DNA of 64,000 nucleotides, from the NCBI GenBank assembly GCA_951406725.2, contig OX597832.1, positions 13,454,001-13,518,000 of the forward strand. The letters run 5' to 3'. Positions 42,973-57,305 of this stretch are shown here, piece after piece. This stretch comes from Octopus vulgaris. Its lineage: Eukaryota. The position numbers and the translations under genes are program-made. The notes below the pieces were generated by a model, which was not told where the DNA came from, did no database searches, and was given only the letters and a program-made list of their open reading frames with translations. Numbering within the stretch: position 1 is the first letter of the stretch; every line of letters begins with the position of its first letter.

Positions 42973-45900
42973 TAACTGCCATATTAGATTTCTGCTTGGT
43001 ACAGAGCCTTCAGATAATTTTAAAAAGGTGTCACTAAGTGAGAAGTTACACGCCAAACCACTCCTGAATGTAAAGTGCAGAGGATTAAGCCCATTGCACT
43101 TAGCTAACTGAATCAATCATAAGTTTCAGTTTATGTTGTGGTAATGACTAAGTGCTTGCAGTTTTACGGTGTTATTGACGGATTCAGGAGTATTTCTATA
43201 TAATAAATAAACTACATAAAATTGAACGGTATTTCGCTGTTGTGAGTGTATTCGTTTCCAGCATAAACTTATTTGCCATAGGAAATGAGAAATCAAATAT
43301 TATGACAAGTTTAAACAGACCAGCTGTAAGATACTTCCAGTTTTTTGGGTAAATCCAATAATTCTGGTTCGTAGTATAGGCACGAATTCAACATCCTAAT
43401 CATTATATATATTTAATAATCTCTATCATACTCTGTCTATGCAGTACAGTTAAACTAGTGGGGAACATAACTGGAAATACTGCAAAATTCCATGCCTTTC
43501 AACCATAATACAAACAAAAATATCAACTGCGTTTGTATAGATTACGACTAACAATGTTAATAAAATACGATTTTCTTTATAGTTTCAGGAAATTTTGCGT
43601 AAATCTTTTCTCTTTGTGTTTTGCAGTTGAAATATGTTACCACATCTTATCGAATATCAGCAGTGATGACTGGAGGCAGATATCTCCCTTTTGGTATTTG
43701 GTATTCCCTGAAATGTTGTTCGTGTTTAACTCCAAAGCAAACAGTGTGATCAGACCTATGATCAAAGGAGTTTCATCTGTGACCGTTACATTATTTTACA
43801 TATTTTAATATCTACATGAACGAAGTTGTCAATAACTGTTTTCCACAACGCAGTGGATTGTTATTTGCGCTAAAAGACTGCTGCTTCGTTCGGAGTCTCG
43901 AGCGACAGGATTCATAGTCCTTCCTTCTAGATATTATAGCGAAATTTACTGGAATTATTTATTATAAGTACGTACACTAATTATATTTTATTAGTTTCCA
44001 GCATAGTCTAACATTTTTTAATCGGAGTTGCTTTTAAATGGACGTTGTTTCTAGCATTTAGGGAGCATATAATTCTTCACAACACAGAAAAGAGATCGTT
44101 TTATGTAATTCATGATGAATTAGCAACGACTGCTACGAGTATAATTTTCAACATCAGTAAAGGAAAAACAACAATCAATTTATTTCCCTGGCGAAATTCA
44201 ATGAGATTATCGACCTTAAAAATTATTCAATTTGAATAATATTTACTCTAAGTGGTTCATAGAAGGGTTGTTGGATTTTGATATTAGTCTTTCAGTTAGA
44301 TGTTACATAGAACAGAAATCATATCCTCCAATATCAAAACATTACAACATACTTCCTCTCCCTTAACGTCATTTCAAGGCTCTATCGGATATTACTGCTT
44401 TTAATAACTGAAAATACCAATTCGACATGAAATTCGACATGAAATTCGGACATGAAATTCTCTTTTAATTTTTTTTTACCTATTCTGTTGCCTTTCCTTG
44501 CTCCTCTCGCTATTCCCAGCAATCTCCAAATCGAGCTATTTTCTATCTTCTCTTTGTAACTATAACCTGATGGTGTGGTGCTAGAGGTTTTGGTTTCTAG
44601 CCTGTTCCTAAGTCAGAAAACTAAGTGTCTTATATTATTCTGTAGGCACAGATCTATTCTGAGAAGAATGCACTAACACAATTATTATCGACACTTTTAT
44701 AACAAATGGTCTTTCCTTTCTCACCTACAATACGTAATATATTCTTCCCGATATTGATTTCATAGCTCAACTCCGGGACACGTTGGATAATTTGTTGAGA
44801 TTTTGCATCCATATTGAATATACACAACATATCGCTCGAGTTTCTTGAAAATATTGATCACCAGTTCATACAGTTCTCTGAAGGTGGCTATTATTCAGAG
44901 AGTCTACATCATACTAAATGCATTTCCCGATGATTATCCTTGACCATGGGTTTAATCACCGTGATTTATATTTTCTGTGTATTTCCACTCCACTCGACTC
45001 CGCTCCTTACTGGGCCATATGATATCATTCAACGAATGTACGTTTGTAAGGAAGATTGTTTGTCAATTGTATTAATATTAGACTGATTCTAGCGTCGATT
45101 GATAAATATAGAAAACAGCATTTGAACACTGAATGTAAAGCCCCGGAAAAAGAGAGACGTTGTGTTTTTTTTTCTACCATGCCTAAATAATTGAACCAAT
45201 TCATAAAACGTTATAGGCTCTTCATTCATTCAAATATATAGACTGAAACGAATGACCTTTTTGCAGAACTTACAAAGTATAAATAAATATTTATGTATAT
45301 TTTATTGAGCGGGGTGAGAAAATGTCACCAAGAATATACACGAACGCCTCGTATTCAGCGTTAAACTATGAATTATATGAGAGCTAAAATGGCAATGATA
45401 AATGACAGGAAGACCAATCTTGATACCGCAGACTGTACTAAAATTATAAATGTATTGAAGATTTGTTTAGGCAATAGATTCACATATTCTTGAGATTCAA
45501 GAAATGTGTCATAACTACAAATTAGAATAACTGATCTGTTTATAATACTATCATAGTTGTCGATAACTACATGCATTTCCCTTATTTTAATGCTCTGTGT
45601 TCATTGAATAATTGAGTAGATGATTGATTGATGACAGTTGAACTTTTATCCGTGAAATATGTATTGTTGAGCGTTGTTAAAAACAATTTATAATTTATTC
45701 GTAAAATAATAGAGAATGACTGCAACTGTCAGATGAAATCAATATCTAAACGTAAAACCCACTTCTGTAAATTGAAGAACAATTTTATTCTCTAACTTGG
45801 CAGGCTTGTCACAGATATGCTACATATATGTTACTTTACAATCGATATATCTAGAGTATAACATAAATGTGTTGATATATACATGATATATATATATATA

Positions 45901-46319
45901 TATATATATTCACTCACACACTTCTATATAACTGTCTATGTATGTACGTACGTATGTAAGTGTAAATAGGTGTTGATATAGACATTCACATTGGAATTGA
46001 AAAGTAAGCAAATATTTTAAAGTAAAATACAGTTTTTTTTCACTTTACTTGAAACATTCGTTGTTTTTTTTTATATCGCGACATCATGAATTACACATAG
46101 TATGTGTCGTCTTTATATACATACGTCAATATACAAATTTTACAACGATTCATGTCCAGGCATATTCAGCTAGCTAGAGGTAGTAATGGAATCTTCCTCA
46201 AACATATTTTTTTCCTTTACGAAATAGAGAGGCGACTATGTATGCCATGTAACCACACAGCGGAAATAGATCTAGCTGCAAGGATGATCTCAGGATAAAA
46301 TATCAGTGTCAAATTTGAG

Positions 46320-47522
46320 ACAACGATAGCAAGTTTGTGCTGGGGTATAAATCTATAACATTGATACTAGTGCTCTTATTTAACCAAATCCGAAAGACTG
46401 GGATGCAAAAGCATTTGAACTCAGGAATTTGAACTCAGAATGTTCACAGATTGTTAACAAGAACGAAAAGCTGCTGAGCATTTGCGCAGCGTGCAAACCA
46501 TTCTACCAGCACACCGTCTTTTATTGGATAAAATATTAATTTCAAAATTTTGTCACAAGGCCAGCAGATTTGAGTAAGTCGTTAACATTGAACATCCGAA
46601 GTGTTCAACTGATATTTATTTTTATCGAAACCGATAAATTAATTGTAAAGTCGACCAAAGTTGAATTTGAAATCAGATGGTAAAAAGGGACGAAATGTCA
46701 CTGACCATTGCGCCTGGTGTACGAGCGATTCTTACTTCTTTACTGCCCACAAGGGACTAACTATACAGAGGACAAACAAGGACAGACAAAGGAATTAAGT
46801 CGATTATATCAACCCCAGTGCGTAACTGGTACCTATTTAATCGACCCCAAAAGGATGGAAGGCAAAGTCAACCTCGGCGGAAATTGAAAACAGAGTGTAG
46901 CAGCAGACGAATTACCTATTTCTTTACTACCCACAAGGGGCTAAACGCAGAGAAGACAATCAACGGCAGACAAACAGATTAAGTGGATTATATCGACCCA
47001 AGTGCGTAACTGGTACTTATTTAATCGACCCCGAAACGATGAAAGGCAAAGTCAACCTCGGCGGTATTTGGACTCAGAAAGTAGCGACAGACGGAATTCC
47101 GCCAAGCCTTTCGCCCGGCGTACTAACGATTCTGCCAGCTCGTTGCCTTCCTCGGGATGAAATATTAACAATCTTAATGTCAGTAAAGACAACAAGTATG
47201 AAATATACAAAAATAAGAGTATCAGTAACATATTCATATTGGGCAGAAAAATAACCATTAATTTGGTGGTTGTGTCATGCAGAACATTTAGAGCGTTGAC
47301 TATCGCAAAGAGCCTTTTTAGTATAGTCACAAGGCCTGGTATTTGGGGGAATTGGATTGTTTATTTCATCGAACTCAGTAGTCGAGTAGTACTTATTTCT
47401 TCAAGACCGAAAGGATAAATTGCAAAGCTGACCACTTCAGAATTTAAACTCTAAGCGTAAAAACGGACGAAATGCCTCAAAGCATTTTGACCAGCGTGCT
47501 GACGATTCTGTCATCTCGCTGT
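46320..47522 (-). mobile_element. Cluster of tandem/nested SINE family B copies
   Basis: At least five repeats of the gaaaggatg.aaggcaaagtc.acc...gaactcaga module; best preserved at 46733-47148. Confidence 0.8.
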
Positions 47523-48592
47523 CATAAGTATTCGTAAATATATATCTTCTCCTTTTGAAGTAATATTTCACAAACTTCTGACATAACCTTAAAATACCTT
47601 GCCTACAGGGGTGATAATATATATAACTATTTGCACATACATACACGGATATATACCCATACACCAGCGCGCACTATCACACGCACGCATGTATACATAT
47701 ACGATGACTAGTTGGATAAATATCGCGACTCAGTAATAAATACTAGAGTACAAATTATATCCTTCAAAATCAACATTAGATATCGAAAATAATTGTCCCT
47801 ATCTCACTTTTCCTAGAAGTTAATTCCAAGACAAAAATATTAGACTAAAGAGAATGAAGGCAGAATATACTTTATTTTGTCAAGTTAACTGTGTCACGCG
47901 TTAAATTAATAGATCACACAGTTAGTAAGTGGAATGTTATAGTACACGCTATCTTATAGCTAACAGTATCATCCGAAGTACTTAGAGATGATCTATTTCG
48001 ATATTTTAGCTGTATACATAGCCGAAATACGTAATTAATCAATATGCAGTGAGGAAGGTAATAAACAATTTTGGGTAGAACTTTTCGTAAGAGAGATATA
48101 TTTCCGGATGGTTGAGTAAACACAATGGGGAAAATGAGAGGAAACAATAAAGAAAATGTGAAGTGTATGAAATGCGAATGAGAATAAAATGTCAGAAAAT
48201 GAGGATAAGAAGTCAGGAAAATCCACTTGATTACCTCCCCTACTCTGGGAAAAATTTGGAAGGGAGGTGAAAGGTCCAGCAGAAACACGACAGATGAAGC
48301 AGATGTGAACTTATAAAATAAGGTTCCATATTTGAAAAACAAAAGCGTGATAAAAGAAGGTCAGATGTAGCGCATAACATTTTAGATGATTCCTATGTTT
48401 AGCAAACTCAGCTTTTAAATATATCTGGTTAAAATATTATTGAACTGTGTATAAACTTTAAACTTTAGTCTAACCATATTTAATTAAACATTCAAAATAT
48501 GTTGGTAAGTGAGATTTTATTATCACCTACCGACATATCTTGAATGATTTCTTTTTTATATAATTAATGATAGTGAATTCGTTATATTATTA

Positions 48593-49492
48593 TCTATATT
48601 TATTTTATATTTTGTATTGTTGCTATCATTGGTTCGCAGCCACGCTGCCAGTCGTGAGTACTTTGGTCACTATATTTCTTGTTGTCCTATATTTTTCTCT
48701 GCTACAAAATCTTGCTAATTTGTGAGTTGCATAATTGCTATAACAGTTTACATGTCCTGGTATGCAGTTTATAATGTATATTGTCGGCATAGTATTTCTT
48801 AATTTCATATTTTTGATAACCAGTTTTTACTCGTGCTATGTATTTCGCATCTGTCATTTCTCGAAAACTTATTATTTTATCTGATTATAAAATTCATTTT
48901 CTCTGCACTCTCTTTTGACTTGAACCTGTCAATTTTATAATGATTGCAAAGCTACAGCTATATTTAAATGAGTAAATTTTTCAGGAGACCATCGTTTATT
49001 ACCATGCTAGATTACAGTTCGCTGTTACTTTCTATAGAATAATCTTATGATAATTCCGCTTGTTTCTTCGTTACTTAGTCCGTTCGTGACGCTTCCACGT
49101 GATTAGTTGAAGCTTGGATAGAAGGAATGAAAAGAGAGTGGGAGGAGAGATAGTGGAGGAGGAAGGAGAGGTGACACTGAGTGAAATGCATAATTTTTTT
49201 TTCACAAAGATTTTCCTCCGTTATTTCTCTAACCATTTCACATGATTGGTTGAAAGGAAAGACGAAGAGAGAAAGAAAATAGAGAGTGTATTAAGTCTAT
49301 AAAATTGTGAATAAAGTATATACAATGTATATAATATACATTAAGTAATCATTGTATTCAAATTTCTTTCACTTTTCAATAATTAGCAGATTAGTGTTTG
49401 TCATTTGATACAGACACAACACAAGCTACGGTTTCAGAAATAATCCAATAAGACTGCGATTAATTCCGTGAAATATTCGCGCGTTCCACTAG
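48593..49492 (+). mobile_element. Probable old non-autonomous Helitron
   Basis: 3' hairpin ccgtgaaatattcgcgcg followed by ttccaCTAG|T; the 5' A|TC at 48593 is tentative. Confidence 0.45.
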
Positions 49493-50579
49493 TATGAAGT
49501 AGCTACTATATTCTAAATTGCGATATAAATGCGCAGTGTCACCGCCCGGTTTCGGTCGAGCATGATATCTTCTGCTACGAGCCATAGCTTTTGAATGAAA
49601 AACAGGAAGATGGAAATTGTACAGAAGCTATGACAATGGGTTTTACAGTACTTCAGTGGGGTAGAGTTAACTTACTTTCTACTAAGCTGTTTCAACCTAA
49701 GAACAATTATAAAAGTACACGTGAATTTGTAATTTCAGCTACTTGCAATTTCACTGACCTCACTTCAACGTTGAATGGCGAAAATGTAATACTATCCAAA
49801 TTTGTTATACATTATTACTAAATACTAATATCTGTCCAAATTTTGTCGTATTTTTCATTTATCTTTTATATTCTGATCGTATTGGCGTTATTGTGCAGCC
49901 GACAGACACATGGTTTACTTTCAGAAATAATGACAATTTTTTTCTCTAATATATAACGGTACACTATTAAATGCGACAATCTCACCAAATAAATCCGGTG
50001 TTTTATTTATATTTTTTTGGTAAGTAGCTTGCTTACGAACTACATGGATCCGGGTTCAGTCCCACTGCGTGACAACTTGGGCATGTGTCTTCTACTGTAG
50101 TCTCGGGCCGACCAAAGCCTTGTGAGTGGATTTGATAGACGGAACCTGAAAGAAGCCCGTCGTACATATATATCTCTATATATAAAACTGAATTGCGTTT
50201 TTACCGCTTGGATCGCTTTCAATGCCACTACATCCCGTCCGATTCGCTCCAAAATTTACACGGACATGTAGAATGAGGTGACGATGCGCGTGGGCTACCT
50301 TAGAAATCCCTATCTTAAAAGGTGTGGTTGCTAGGGGCCATCTTCCTCACTCACCCTATTTCCTCCTTTCCCTCTCTTACTCCTCTTCATAACTTTCAGA
50401 AGTCCACTACGGCTATTTAAAGAATCTGTCACTATCGCTAGTTCCTTTCTTTTTCACTGACTCTGTTTCCTACCTTCCTATCACTTCGGCGACGTTCTTT
50501 TAAGTATATGTCTGTCACCAACAAACAACACACGAGCATGAGAACAAATATTATGAATCAGATATTCTTGCGTTCATTT

Positions 50580-50815
50580 ATATGTGTGTGTGTGTGTTCT
50601 ATATATAAATATGTATATATAATGTATGTGTGTGTGTGTGTGTTCTATATATAAATATGTATATATAATGTATGTGTGTGTGTGTGTTCTATATATAAAT
50701 ATGTATATATAATGTATGTGTGTGTGTGTGTGTTCTATATATATAAATATGTATATATAATGTATGTGTGTGTGTGTGTTCTATATATAAATATGTATAT
50801 ATAATGTATATATAC
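50580..50815. repeat. Minisatellite, ~45 bp unit (tg)nttctatatataaatatgtatatataatgta, about 5 copies
   Basis: Directly visible. Confidence 0.9.
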
Positions 50816-50957
50816 AAAGTGCATATATCTGTATTTATGTATATTAAACTTTTTCATACTTTTCATAGTTATATATATTTTTTAACAAATTATAAATATA
50901 ATTTAATAATTTTTATTTTCAATTTAAATAACTTAAAGTTTTCAATTTTATATTTTA

Positions 50958-51855
50958 CTAGCAGTATCGCCCGGCGTTGCTCGGGTTTGTAAGGGAAATA
51001 ACTATATAAGCATTTTTAGTGACTTATAGCAAAAAAATAGAAAAAAATGCATTAAAAATGGAATAAAAAATGATGGTAATTTTTTTTTAATCGTTGACTC
51101 ATCGTAGACATTTTTAGAGAGTTACTTCCCTTATATAATAGCGAAAATGCATTAAAATGGAATAAAAAATGATGGTAATTTTTTTTAAATCGTAGACTCA
51201 TCGTAGACGCGCGCTAATACCCAGAAGGGCTCGATATGAATCACGACTACAATATACCCGGTTTTGGTTACACTGCACCGCAAAATGTGGGAGTAGTTAG
51301 GAATCTAAATCGTAGGAGACAGACACACAACCTTACTTTTATATATAAAGATTTGTGCATTCGGTTGTGCAAATTGTTTGCACAGGAAACCTGCCCTGTG
51401 TGGCGGTTTTTGCCGTTTTTGTGGATCTGTTTCAGCTTTTTTAGCGATTTCTGTTTTGGCGACATCAAGCCATGAAGTCGTTGTTCTAAAATAACGCTGC
51501 TCTCCTTGACAACGCATTACGACGTTGATTTCCTTACACTCCCTTCACCACAGCCTCACGAGGGAGGGAAGAAGGGGTAGAAGCAACACAGGTGCAGGCG
51601 TGAGCGTGGACGCCAACTCCGCCGCCATCGACACACGAAAAGATATGCATTAAAATGGAATAAAAAATGATGTTAAATTATTTTTAAAATCGTAGACTCA
51701 TCGTAGACGCGCGCTAATACACAGACGGGCTTGATATGAATCACGACTATAAGATACCCGAATTTGGTTAAACTGCACCGCAAAATGTGGGAGTAGTTAG
51801 GAATCTAAATCGAAGGGGACAGACACTCACACAACTACAGTTTTATATATATAGA
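50958..51855 (-). mobile_element. Helitron with two tandem 5' modules
   Basis: CTAG plus hairpin end at 50958 as in 5085/54142. A ~200 bp block (tcgtagactcatcgtagacgcgcgc...gtagttaggaatctaaatcg) is repeated, each copy ending in an A|TC 5' end (51351 and 51855). Confidence 0.75.
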
Positions 51856-51996
51856 TATATTTTCTATGTTATATTTTCTTTTTTTATGTTTTTGTTTTTG
51901 TTTTTTCACTGTTTGATTTGCCTATTAGTGGTTTTATCTCTAATTTAATGTATACAGATATATATCTCATTTGTATACATTTGTATATATAATGCG

Positions 51997-52070
<74 letters not shown>

Positions 52071-52827
52071 GTGTGCATTACGTAGTCGGTCCATTCAGCT
52101 GAAAATATGCACACCTATGTTAAAGGTGCTGACAAGTTTGCATGACAACTATTTTTTCCTCAAATGAAAGGCGTCACCTCTAGGACAAAATTCCTCATCT
52201 TATAAAATGTGGCCCCAGTAGACCCGAATGAAATCGGGTTATATTAACCAAAATGTGAAAAGGGGTCTAAATGGGGCTGGAAGGGGATTAAAATTTCAAG
52301 GAGCGGGTGTTTAGGAATTCTCTGTTACATCAAGCTAAAAAATTTGCGCCATCCTTTTAATCGTCAATGTGTTGAGAAAGGATCACTTCAAAACTTGGTG
52401 TTTACGAATTTTCTTTTACATCAAGTTCAAAATTTTACGCCAGCCGTTAAACTGTCACTACGTTCCTGTCCGTCGTTAACAAATGCCAGCCATGGTGACT
52501 CTACTATCCTCAGATTCTATCCCTTCAAACTTTGGTTTCCAATATTTTATTATTTTTATTCAGCTCGCAAGTTCGTCTGTCCCTTTTAAATGTTAGCGTT
52601 TTGCTGTCTGCCTTCAAGCAGACCTTTCCATTGCCACTGCCTCATATTTCTGATTGATCTTTCTAAATATTTTATTTCTCAACTCACTCAAGATCTTCTA
52701 TTGTTCATAAATGGGAGAGAGATAGATAAAGATAGAGAGTAAGAGAAAGCGAGGGAGAGTCCGAGATGAAAGAAAAGTAAGAGAGTGGGAAAGTGAGAGA
52801 GAAAGGAGAGAGAAACAAATACGGAGA

Positions 52828-53130
52828 ATCATCATCATCGTTTAACGTCCGTTTTCCGTGCTAGCACGGGTTGGGCAGTGCGACCGGGGTCTCGGAAGCC
52901 AGGAGACTGCACCAGGCTCCAGTCTGATCTGGCAGTGTTTCTACAGGTGGATGAACTTCCTAACGCCAACCACTCTGTGAGTGTAGTGGGTGCTTTTTTC
53001 GTGCCGCCGGCACTGGTGCCAGGGGGCTCGCAGTGGCAATAATCGGTTGGTGCTTTTTACGTGCCACCGGCACAGAAGCAAGTCAAGGCAGTGCTGCAAT
53101 CGGCCACGTTCGGATGGGGCTTTTTACGTG
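52828..53130 (-). mobile_element. SINE/LINE 3' tail with (GAT)n end (RTE-tail-like)
   Basis: atcatcatcatcgtttaacgtccg...cttcctaacgccaacc; internal repeats of gctttttacgtgcc. Confidence 0.6.
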
Positions 53131-53198
53131 CTGAAAGGAAGCAACAGAAAGTAACAACCACACTCTTACCCGCGCGTAGAGCGGGTCACCTTCAGCTA

Positions 53199-53280
<82 letters not shown>

Positions 53281-53287
53281 ATGTATG

Positions 53288-53321
<34 letters not shown>

Positions 53322-53761
53322 TGTATGTATGTGTGTTTGTGCGTGTCGGTGTCTGTGTGTGCGTGTGTGTATTTATTTATGTGTCCGTGTTTGTGCCCCC
53401 GACATCGCTTGACAACCGATGCTAGTGTGTTTACGTCCCCGTAACTTACCGGTTTCGGCAAATGAGACCGATAGAAAAAGTTCTAAGCTTACAAAGAATA
53501 AGTCCTGGGTCGATTTAGTCGACCAAAGGCGGCGTTCCATCATGCCCACAGTCAAATGCTTGAAACAAGTAAAAGAGTAAAGAGTAAATTTTTATTATAA
53601 GTTTCAAATTAATAATTTTATAAATGTTTTTTAAAGTATTCTATCCCAGATTGTCCAGTAACAGAGCACTTTAGGCTAAAAGCATAATTACATTACAATA
53701 TATATGTAAGACAGAATAATTTTAATGCAGTCATGTCATTCGTAGTTTCACATTCTCTAAA

Positions 53762-54142
53762 TCTCTCTATATATAAACGGCAGTTTGTCTGTGCGTGTTT
53801 CTGTGTGTCTGTTTGCTTGTACCCTCACCCTGACCACGGCTTTCAACCGATCCTGATGAAACTTGACACACACATAGCCCAATGTCATAATTCAAAACTA
53901 ACGCAGCGAAAATTTTGAAAAGTTCCCCCAGTTCTGAAAAAATCGATAAATTCGACATGGGGTCGAGAATCAGAAACCCAAACCACAGACCGTCTAAGGG
54001 ACGCAACTCCACCTTTTTAACTCTCAAAAAATTTACCATCATTTTTTTCCCATTTTTTTGCTATATTTTGGCTATAACTCTCTAAAAATGCTTTATAGTT
54101 ATTTCCCTTACAAACCTGAGCAACGCCGGGCGATACTGCTAG
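53762..54142 (+). mobile_element. Non-autonomous Helitron (~380 bp)
   Basis: A|TC start, hairpin cctgagcaacgccggg, CTAG|T end; same family as 5085-5453. Confidence 0.85.
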
Positions 54143-54340
54143 TTATAAATAAGAAAGTTGTAGATAATTCCATTTGATAGATTTTCCACAAAATAATGTT
54201 TATAAAACATGGCACCTTAATCAAACTTCGCTTGTAATAAGTTTTCAGATTCATATTTCCTGTTATATGCTTAAGTCTGAAGTTAATTTTAATTTTGCGG
54301 TGTGACATTTAGTAGTTTAAAATATCGAACAATGCTTAGT

Positions 54341-54646
54341 TGTTGTTGTTTGTTCCTTCTCGAGCCAAGCCTGGCTCATAAGGGCAGGTTTCTCGGTTTC
54401 CTTGTCGTATGGGTTCCCTACCTGGACGGGACGCCGGTCCATGGCAGGTGAGCTGTTAGATGCAGGAGGAAAGAATAAGAGAAAGTTGTGGCGAAAGAGC
54501 CAGCAGAAGTTCGCCATTACCTTCTGCCGGAGCCCCATGCAGCTTAGGTGTTTCGCTCGCAAACACATCCATCGCCCGGTATGAGATTCGAACCCGCGAC
54601 CCCTCGACCGCGAGTCCGCTGCTCTAACCACCAGGCCAGTGCCCCC
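54341..54646 (-). mobile_element. tRNA-derived SINE family C
   Basis: Reverse complement of 40587-40900; TSD-like aacaatgcttagt / aacaatgttaagt. Confidence 0.9.
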
Positions 54647-55106
54647 ACAACAATGTTAAGTACATATTAAATTCCACGGGATGTAACAAATTAGTAGTAT
54701 ATTTTCGAAGAGATGCAAACTATTATACCTCTTCTTATATTTATAAGTTTCATAAGACTGCGGCCATGTTGGAGCAACTCCTTGCATGGTTATTCATAGA
54801 AATTAACACCAGTACTTACATAATGTATGGTAGCTGTGCAATCTGTATTTGCGCTACAATGTTACGTTAAAGGTCCGTACACAAACCAATAGTGGTGGAG
54901 GAGTAAGTACTGAAATATTTGCGAAACTGTTACTGAAACAGAAACCACACACATCGAAAGCGAATTTCTTAACCACATCCAGCAGAAATTGTGTACCAAA
55001 TCCTTTCATTAAAATTTTGAGGGGATGCAATTGCTTGCTTGGTGTATACAATAATGTTTATATTCCCTTCTGCATAGATGTATGCCTATAGAAATGTATG
55101 TGTGTG

Positions 55107-55207
<101 letters not shown>

Positions 55208-55209
55208 GT

Positions 55210-56050
55210 GCACAGGGACACCTTGTGGTTTCTAGTATGGATATCATCATAGATGTAGATTTTACTGCAGGCTAAAGTTCTCAGATAATTTATACATTTT
55301 GACAGTGCTTTTCATAGCTTGAAAATACTTGTGTTGATGCTTCATTTTTACATTCGTGGGAATTTATGGTCGCTATTGAGTGTGTTATCGTGTAAATATA
55401 CCATTGGTAGAATTGAATTAGAAAAGTATTTTGCGGTGGGGGTTACTGTAGATAGCTCATCAATTTGGCTTAGATATTTTCATTTTCGTTTAGCGTTAAA
55501 ATTATGTTGACAATTTCTGGACAAGCCATTTCAGCTACTCTGCATGATTACTTTTCTGTGTCCCAGCCCAATGTTCGTTGTTTGATAAGCTTGCATTTTA
55601 TTCGAATTGACAAGAGAATTTCTCCACAATACTTTTAAGTTACGTGTGGTGTAACTCGCCACATCACTGAAGATTTTGATATTTGACTATTTAGGATTCT
55701 ATCTTCTATGGATTTCATGTGCCTTTCTTGTGTCTTTGGTCGGCCAAATAGCGATGACATATATGAAAAGCTAATTATAATGTAAATGACGTCCTCTATA
55801 TCTATTCCACGGAGCCCTCAGATATTGTTGCATCGAAGTGGATTACCTGCTCTAGTATTACACCTCTGCTATAGGTATTTTGTTGCAATTTCGTACTTTT
55901 AAAATCCACATCGTACCATGTGAGGACGAATATTCCGAGTGATAATTCAGTAAATTTTAATCTGGTTAGATAGTTGCAATAATGTTAAAGCTTTTAGAAA
56001 GATAGCCATCAATGACATTTTCTTGTTATGTATGCAGCCTGTGAGAGAGT
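55210..56050 (-). mobile_element. Decayed REL-endonuclease LINE 3' region
   Basis: - strand relics RCNNI*GLRGIDIEDVIYII (zinc knuckle remnant) and WDTEK*SCRVAEMACP..VNI (REL-domain remnant). Confidence 0.55.
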
Positions 56051-56169
56051 TGTATAATATCTGTAAATATATATCGGTAGTCACCTGTCGGGGACATCGT
56101 TCTCAGCAGCTCTGTTCCAACATAGACGATCGTAAGAGCCTGATCTATGGGGAGGTAATCCTGACTTGG

Positions 56170-56405
56170 AGGGCGGCGAGCAGGCAGAAACTTTAGCACG
56201 CCGGGCTAAATGCTTTGCGGTATTTCGTCTGCTGCTACGTTCTGAGTTCAAGTTCCGCCGAGGTCGATTTTGCCTTTCATCCTTTCGGGGTCGATAAATT
56301 AAGTACCAGTTACGCACTAGGGTCGACGTAATCGACTTAATCCGTTTATCTGTCATTGTTGGTCCTCTCTGTGTTTAGCCCCTTGTGGGCAGTAAAGAAA
56401 TAGGT
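56170..56405 (+). mobile_element. SINE family B
   Basis: ggcggcgagcaggcagaaac...gcctttcatcctttcggggtcgataaattaagtaccag...gtaaagaaataggta. Confidence 0.9.
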
Positions 56406-57305
56406 AATCCACACCTGGATGTCCACAATTGTATGTTTCTATATACGTGGATGTTTATGAAAGTACATGTCTATGTGGTGTATATTCCATTAAAATTCAT
56501 AGAGCGCTTATTATATATTTTGAAGTCAATAATGCTTCCCATTGATTCATCGAATATTGATGAGGTCGATAGCGATATATGTCTACTCGAAAAGTTCTCT
56601 AGTCGATGAGACATATCACATACACATTAACGTATTACCAAGTCTTTACATACATGTCTGTGTGTGCGTGAATGGGTGAATCTAAGTGTGGGTAAGGCTG
56701 GGAGCATGGTTGGTTTGGTTGTGTTAATGTTTTTCACCAATATATCGAAAATCAAAACATCTCTCATGTTAGGCGTCTATATATTTAGTAGAATAAACTT
56801 TAATAATGATATTACTTTGATATAATGACCCTTCAAGTTTTGCATTAACTGGCTTATATGTCCAATAAAACATGCCGAAAATGCCAAACTCCAAAGTATT
56901 CTCAAACTAATTTTGTCAATATATCTATATAATTATATATACATGTATGTGTGTACATACATACATGCATACTTGCATGCATACATACAGAAGTAGGTTT
57001 TTGAATTTTTCATCGCTATTGTTGTGTCTCATCGATATTGTTATGCCCTTTTTCGAACTAACTGTATATGCCCCTTTATAACGTGGACTTATTAAAAGGT
57101 TATAACAATACAAATATAAATCGCAAAGAAACGGATTAACATTTCTTTGTATTCTCGCATTTCCTTTTTATTAATAGACATTTCTTCTTTCTAATCACCA
57201 GCCGCAGCTGCAAAGTTCATTTTATTCCATTACTTTCTCAGTCCTCTCCAGACTTCTTCTCAGGTCTTTCTCGAACGAGATCATAGGGGATGAACTAAGA
57301 CTTAC

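Larger units (their letters stand above)
50173..53199 (+). mobile_element. Non-autonomous Helitron inserted in the SINE microsatellite
   Basis: 5' A|TCTCTATATATAAAAC at 50173; 3' hairpin acccgc-gcgtaga-gcgggt then CTAG|T at 53199. Confidence 0.7.
50018..53585 (+). mobile_element. SINE family A split into 50018-50170 and 53200-53585 by nested insertions
   Basis: The 5' half ends gaagcccgtcgtacatata; the 3' half resumes with (TA)n...gacaaccgatgct...aaagagtaaaagagta. Confidence 0.8.

Noticed and set aside
47914-48342. 142-aa - strand ORF ending in a VSYKIAC motif reminiscent of GIY-YIG
   Set aside because: Only one weak motif with no YIG half or RT motifs; cannot be supported without a search.
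50580-50815. Regularly spaced repeats resembling a CRISPR array
   Set aside because: There are no unique spacers and no cas genes, and the context is eukaryotic; it is a minisatellite.
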